DNA of 64,000 nucleotides, taken from Vicinamibacterales bacterium (GTDB lineage: Bacteria; Acidobacteriota; Vicinamibacteria; Vicinamibacterales; UBA2999). The notes under the pieces were generated by a model. The model had not been told where the DNA came from. It ran no database searches and saw nothing but the letters and a program-made list of their open reading frames with translations. Location of the stretch: assembly GCA_050187355.1 (NCBI GenBank), contig JBFWXO010000006.1, positions 118,584 to 182,583 of the forward strand, given 5' to 3'. This document shows, in pieces, positions 59,521 to 64,000 of the stretch (positions are counted from its first letter, which is position 1; every line of letters starts with the position of its first letter). Both the position numbers and the translations under genes were made by a program.

Positions 59521-60557
59521 CGGGGCACGGGCGCACGCCCGCCTTCCTCCCGGGGTGACGGCGCGGAGCCCACGCCGGCGGTTCCGGCGCGGCCGGCGGG
59601 CCTGCGCGGCCACCACAGGGACGCCACGACGCTCCCGGCCAGCAGCGCGGTGATGACGCCCAGCGACCACGTGGTGGGGAACTTGCCCCCGAAGGCCGCG
59701 TTCAGCCACGCCATCTTGGAGCCCACGAAGACGAGAATCAGCGCCAGTCCGTACTTCAGCATGTGGAAGCGCTCCACCGCCCCGGCCAGCAGGAAGTACA
59801 TCGAGCGCAGCCCCAGGATGGCGAACACGTTCGAGGTGAAGACGATCAGGGGCTCGCGGGTCACCGCGAAGATGGCCGGCACGGAGTCGACCGCGAAGAC
59901 GACGTCGCTCAGTTCCAGGAACACCAGCGCCACGAGGAGCGGGGTCGCGTGCCACCGCCCGCCCAGCTTCACCAGGAACCGGGCGCCATGGAGCTCCGGC
60001 GTCACGGGTACCAGCCGCCGCAGCAGCCGGACCACGGGATTCGCCTCGGGATCCATCTGCCGCTCGGGCGCCCGGATCATCTTGATGCCCGTCACCACCA
60101 GCAGCACGCCGAAGAAGACGACCACGGCGTGGTACTGCATCAGGACCGAGCCGATGGCCACGAAGATGCCGCGCAGCACCAGCGCGCCGAGGATTCCGTA
60201 GAACAGCACGCGGTGCTGGTACTGCAGGGGAATCGAGAAGTAGGTGAACACCAGGACGAAGACGAACACGTTGTCCACGGCCAGCGACTTCTCGACGAGA
60301 TACCCGGTCAGGAACTCCAGGCCGATCTGGCGGCCCGTCGCGTCGCCGAAGCGTTCGCCCGCGTAGACGAAGAGCCCGGCGTTGAAGAGGAGGGCCGCGG
60401 CGACCCACACGACCGACCAGGCCACGGATTCACGGAACGTGACGGCATGGGCGTTCCGGTGGAAGACGCCCAGATCCAGGGCGAGTAGCGCCAGGATGCA
60501 GGCGGTGAAGGCGGCGTAGAACGACCAGTACTCGGCGAACGGAAACAGGGTGGGCAT
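59505..60557 (-). CDS. TerC/Alx family membrane protein
   Basis: EKSLAVDNVF, QHRVLFYG, DVVFAVDS and SNVFAILGLRS motifs. Confidence 0.95.
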   Translation of the reverse strand: MPTLFPFAEYWSFYAAFTACILALLALDLGVFHRNAHAVTFRESVAWSVVWVAAALLFNAGLFVYAGERFGDATGRQIGLEFLTGYLVEKSLAVDNVFVFVLVFTYFSIPLQYQHRVLFYGILGALVLRGIFVAIGSVLMQYHAVVVFFGVLLVVTGIKMIRAPERQMDPEANPVVRLLRRLVPVTPELHGARFLVKLGGRWHATPLLVALVFLELSDVVFAVDSVPAIFAVTREPLIVFTSNVFAILGLRSMYFLLAGAVERFHMLKYGLALILVFVGSKMAWLNAAFGGKFPTTWSLGVITALLAGSVVASLWWPRRPAGRAGTAGVGSAPSPREEGGRAPVPRQVVP

Positions 60558-60652
60558 ATGGGTGCTGGCGGACCCGGCCTGCGCCCGGCCCGCACGCACC
60601 CACGGTAGAGCCGCGGAGGCGTTCCAACAAATAGATAGTTACTGGACGCCCT

Positions 60653-60667
60653 ATCGGTCTGCTCTAT
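60653..60667. promoter_or_regulatory. Putative LysR (NhaR-type) binding box
   Basis: ATCG-N7-CTAT (T-N11-A) in an AT-rich stretch upstream of the terC-family gene. Confidence 0.55.
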
Positions 60668-60673
60668 GTGACG

Positions 60674-61579
60674 TCAAGGAGCGAACACCTCGGTCCTCGC
60701 GGCCGTGGTGATGGCCAGCACCCCGGGATGCTTCAGCCGGCGCTCGGCCGAGATGGCGTAGTACCGCTCGCGCACGGCCGGCGTGCGCCCGATCGCCTGC
60801 ACCCGGTACTGGCGGGCGATCTCCCGTGCCGCCGCCGTCGGCCCGGGAAAGGCCGCGCCGCCGTCCTGGCCGAAGGTCTTCATCAGGGCGGAGTCGTCGA
60901 ACTCGCCGACGATGCGGGGGTTCAGGCCCTCGGCGTCGAACCACTGGTCGAGCGCCCGCCGCAGGGCCGTGGCCGGCGTCGGCAGCAGCAGCGGGACGCC
61001 GTCCAGCGAGGCCGGAAACCGCCGGCGGAGCTTCCCGGCCAGGGGAGCGGCGGCGAAGAAGGTGGTGTCGGACTCCCCCAGCAGGTGGTTGAAGACCTTG
61101 CCCCGGACCTGCGTGGGCGCCGGCGCGTCGGAGATGACGACGTCGAGGGCGTGCATGGTGAGCTCGGTCGTGAGCACCTCGAGCCCGTCCTCGCGGCACA
61201 CCAGGCGCATCGCGGTCTGCCCGGACAACACGGGTGCGAGCAGACGATGGACGACGAGCTTCGGCAGCGCGTTGGCCACGCCCACCGCCAGCGTCAGCAG
61301 GCGGCCGCCCGCGGTGCGATCCCGCAGCGCATCGAGCAGCTCCCGGCCCATGCCGAAGATCTCGTCGGCGTAGCGGTACACGAGCCGGCCGACGTCGGTC
61401 AGCACCAGCCGCCGACCCTGCCGCTCGAGGAGCTTCTCCCCGATGACGACCTCGAGCTGCCGGATCTGGGCGCTGACCGTGGGCTGGGCCAGGCGCAGCT
61501 TCTCGGCGGCGCGCGACACGCCGCCCTCGTGGACGGCCGTCCAGAAGTACAGCAGGTGGTGGTAGTTGAGCCACTCCAT
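60674..61579 (-). CDS. nhaR: LysR-family transcriptional activator, NhaR-like
   Basis: MEWLNYHHLLYFW N-terminus; GEFDDSALMK and YAISAERRLKHP motifs. Confidence 0.88.
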   Translation of the reverse strand: MEWLNYHHLLYFWTAVHEGGVSRAAEKLRLAQPTVSAQIRQLEVVIGEKLLERQGRRLVLTDVGRLVYRYADEIFGMGRELLDALRDRTAGGRLLTLAVGVANALPKLVVHRLLAPVLSGQTAMRLVCREDGLEVLTTELTMHALDVVISDAPAPTQVRGKVFNHLLGESDTTFFAAAPLAGKLRRRFPASLDGVPLLLPTPATALRRALDQWFDAEGLNPRIVGEFDDSALMKTFGQDGGAAFPGPTAAAREIARQYRVQAIGRTPAVRERYYAISAERRLKHPGVLAITTAARTEVFAP

Positions 61580-61590
61580 GGGGTACGAGT

Positions 61591-62427
61591 CTACGGGCGG
61601 GCCGTTCCCGGGGACGCCGCGGCCTGCCACGCCAGGTGCCGGCGCCAGACGATCGGCCACAGCGCCGCGATGCCGGGGGGCGCCAGACCGAAGCGCTCCC
61701 GCAGCACGCGGACGTACTCGGCCGCGTCGGCCACCACGCGGTCGCGCGCGCCCTCCGCGGTCACCTCCCGCAGCGTCGCCGAGCGCAGGATGACAAGGCC
61801 GTCCGGCGTGAAGCGCTCGCAGACCGTCGTCTTCACGAAGCTGGACGCCGGCGAGGTCTGGAGCTCGTGGCACTTCGCCGCGAAGGAGGCGTAGTCGCGA
61901 GGCGCCAGCGTGAAGTCGAAGCTGTCGGCCCCGCCGTGGGCGTGGTTGTGCATGCGCCACCAGTCGCCGTCGCGGCTCAGCCGGAACTCGAGGAACCCCT
62001 GGCGATAGGTGCCGGGCTCGAGCGGCAGGGGGTCCAGGAATCCGTCGCCGAACCCGACGTCCACGACGTACGGGCGGTCCAGCGTGACGATGAGCACGAG
62101 GTGGTTGTCGTGCGCGGCGTCCCCGCTCGTGGCACGGCCGGCGGCCCCGGCGACGTAGCGGACGTCGAAGCCCATCGACTCGAGCACCCAGCCGAAGACC
62201 CCGTTCATCTCGTAGCACCAGCCGCCCCGCCGCTCGTCGACGAGCTTGTGGAAGGCCGCCTCGCGATCGAGCGGCAGGGGCCGGCCCAGGTGGATGTCGA
62301 GGTTCTCGTAGGGGATGGCGTGGAGGTGGGCGCGGTGGATCGCCCGCAGCGTGTCGAGCGTCGCGGCGGGCCGCCCGTCGAAGCCCACGCGGGCGAGATA
62401 GCGTCCCAGGCGGTCGGCATCGAGCAT
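61591..62427 (-). CDS. nat: Arylamine N-acetyltransferase
   Basis: IPYENL, RGGWCYE, HL and DVGFG (Cys-His-Asp triad). Confidence 0.93.
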   Translation of the reverse strand: MLDADRLGRYLARVGFDGRPAATLDTLRAIHRAHLHAIPYENLDIHLGRPLPLDREAAFHKLVDERRGGWCYEMNGVFGWVLESMGFDVRYVAGAAGRATSGDAAHDNHLVLIVTLDRPYVVDVGFGDGFLDPLPLEPGTYRQGFLEFRLSRDGDWWRMHNHAHGGADSFDFTLAPRDYASFAAKCHELQTSPASSFVKTTVCERFTPDGLVILRSATLREVTAEGARDRVVADAAEYVRVLRERFGLAPPGIAALWPIVWRRHLAWQAAASPGTARP

Positions 62428-62432
62428 CGGGG

Positions 62433-63191
62433 TCACTCCCACCGGAACAGGCGGTTGGCGACGGCCGTGGCCACGAGCGCGGTGAGGATCAGCGCGGCGA
62501 CGTCGCCGCCGTGCGCGGCCCATCCCTCGCCCCGCCAGATGCCGCGCTGCAGCGACACGGCGTAGGTGAGCGGCAGCACGCGGGCGAGGGCCTGGAGTCC
62601 GGCCGGCAGAATCTCGATCGGCACGAAGAGCCCCGACACGGCCAGCATCGGGTACAGCACGGCCGCCGCGGCGGGCTGCGCGAACCGTGCGGTCGGCACG
62701 ACGCTCGCCAGGACGAAGCCGATCGACAGCACGCAGGCCGTGCTGAAGAGCACCGCCAGGCCGAAGGACAGGAGCGGCGGGTCCATGTCCGCGGGCACGA
62801 GCCGCCGCCCGGCCAGCGCGAGCACGCCGAGGGTGAGGGCCGAGAACACCAGCTTCACCAGCACGTGCGCCGCCAGGATGGTGTGGGGGCGCAGCGGCGT
62901 CGCGCGCAGCCGCTTCAGGATGCCGCCCTCCCGGTAGATGGCGACGATGGCGACGAGGGACATGACCGATCCGAGGGCGATGAAGGTGGTGACCATCACC
63001 GCGAGGTCGGTGCCCACGAACGCGGGCAGGTCCCCCGCGCCCCGCCGCCCGCCGATGCGCCCGAACACCAGGTACAGCAGCACCGGCACGGCCAGCGTGC
63101 CGATCACGCCGAGCGGCTCGCGCACGAAGATCTTGATCTCGAGCCAGGTGAGTTGCCAGAGGCCGCGAAACACGGTGTCCTCCCCGTTCAC
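62433..63191 (-). CDS. ABC-2 type transporter permease
   Basis: YREGGILKRLRATPL, SGLFVP and PLTYAV motifs; 6 TM helices. Confidence 0.92.
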   Translation of the reverse strand: MNGEDTVFRGLWQLTWLEIKIFVREPLGVIGTLAVPVLLYLVFGRIGGRRGAGDLPAFVGTDLAVMVTTFIALGSVMSLVAIVAIYREGGILKRLRATPLRPHTILAAHVLVKLVFSALTLGVLALAGRRLVPADMDPPLLSFGLAVLFSTACVLSIGFVLASVVPTARFAQPAAAAVLYPMLAVSGLFVPIEILPAGLQALARVLPLTYAVSLQRGIWRGEGWAAHGGDVAALILTALVATAVANRLFRWE

Positions 63192-64000
63192 TCGCGGATG
63201 ACGTGCCCGGTCACCTCGAGGAACACGTCCTCGAGCGTGGGGCGCGCGGTGCGGAAGCCGGACACGTGGATCTGCGCGCCGGCGATGGCGCGGATCACGT
63301 CGGTCACCAGGTCCGGGGTGCCGCCCCGGATCGTCAGCTCGCCGTCGGCCGCCGTGACGGCCGGCCCGCCCGGCAGCGCCTCGAACACGGCCCGGGCGGC
63401 GGGGGTGGTGGTGGTGACGACCACCGTCGTCGTGGGACAGTGGCGCCGGATGAGCTCATCGGGCGTCCCGATGTCCACCACCCGTCCGTGGTCGATGATG
63501 GCCACGCGGTCGCACAGCCGTTCGGCTTCCTCCATGAGGTGGGTGGTCAGGCACACCGTGGCGCCCCGCGCCTGGATGCCGCGCACCAGCTCCCAGATGG
63601 CGCGCCGGGCCTGCGGGTCCAGGCCGGTGGTGAGCTCGTCCAGGAAGACGACCTCGGGCCGGTTGATGAGGGCCAGGGCGATGAGCAGCCGCTGCTTCTG
63701 CCCGCCCGAGAGCGTCATGAACCAGGCCGCGCGCTTCTCGCCCAGGCCGAGCTCGTCGAGCAGGCGATCGCCGTCGAGGGAGGTGCGGTACAGCGACGCC
63801 CACAGGCGCACGGCCTCGCCCACGGTGATCCGCTTCTGGAGCTGCGCCTCCTGCAGCTGCACCCCGATGCGCGTCTGGAGCCGGCGGACGTCGCGAATCG
63901 GGTCGAGACCCAGCACCGACACCACGCCGCCGTCCGGCGTCCGGAGCCCCTCGACGCACTCGAGCGTGGTCGTCTTGCCGGCGCCGTTCGGGCCGATCAG
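63188..64000 (-). CDS. ABC transporter ATP-binding protein (5' end outside the window)
   Basis: GPNGAGKTT at the window edge, in frame with LSGGQ, FLDE and TTHLMEEAE. Confidence 0.95.
   Translation of the reverse strand: MIGPNGAGKTTTLECVEGLRTPDGGVVSVLGLDPIRDVRRLQTRIGVQLQEAQLQKRITVGEAVRLWASLYRTSLDGDRLLDELGLGEKRAAWFMTLSGGQKQRLLIALALINRPEVVFLDELTTGLDPQARRAIWELVRGIQARGATVCLTTHLMEEAERLCDRVAIIDHGRVVDIGTPDELIRRHCPTTTVVVTTTTPAARAVFEALPGGPAVTAADGELTIRGGTPDLVTDVIRAIAGAQIHVSGFRTARPTLEDVFLEVTGHVIRE

Noticed and set aside
60558-60673. yybP-ykoY riboswitch upstream of terC
   Set aside because: Spacer is short, no recognisable riboswitch motifs; occupied by a promoter and LysR box
1-64000. Many long overlapping or antisense ORFs (e.g. 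307-2661 +, 12882-16220 +, 54265-57516 -)
   Set aside because: Shadow ORFs typical of high-GC DNA: Arg/Pro/Gly-rich, no motifs, and overlapping well-supported genes
1-64000. Mobile elements, prophage, or Sec/Pyl recoding
   Set aside because: No transposase, integrase or phage genes, and no in-frame stop interrupting a recognisable domain

Overview
Very GC-rich, densely coding bacterial window with about 57 genes. The gene content suggests Acidobacteriota, possibly Vicinamibacterales (inference): many secreted PQQ/haem-c proteins, Tat amidases, a wHTH-TolB-TPR regulator, an STK-TPR kinase and DUF5916. I found no rRNA, tRNA, CRISPR array, integrase or transposase. Most genes are periplasmic or catabolic enzymes and regulators. 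Highlights: (1) a signal-peptide-less single-gene fusion of an alpha/beta-hydrolase and a subtilisin (S8) protease (54616-56958) with matching K-x-L sites, a candidate self-contained protease-activated effector/conflict module; (2) a cytochrome-c-fused PHM-type copper monooxygenase beside a vicinal-Cys partner gene (51452-53657); (3) a collapsed lipoprotein paralog built from three fragments joined at microhomologies (47751-47948); (4) a sigma54 mini-regulon with a sensor-less activator, -24/-12 promoters and a palindromic enhancer, next to a GAF-RsbW fusion; (5) an apparently secreted SLOG-fold protein; (6) many -10 boxes 6-9 nt before start codons, implying leaderless mRNAs; (7) a 4x21-bp palindromic tandem repeat in the hisA tail. 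All product calls come from motif recognition only; no database searches were run. Many start codons were moved downstream of the ORF-track starts.
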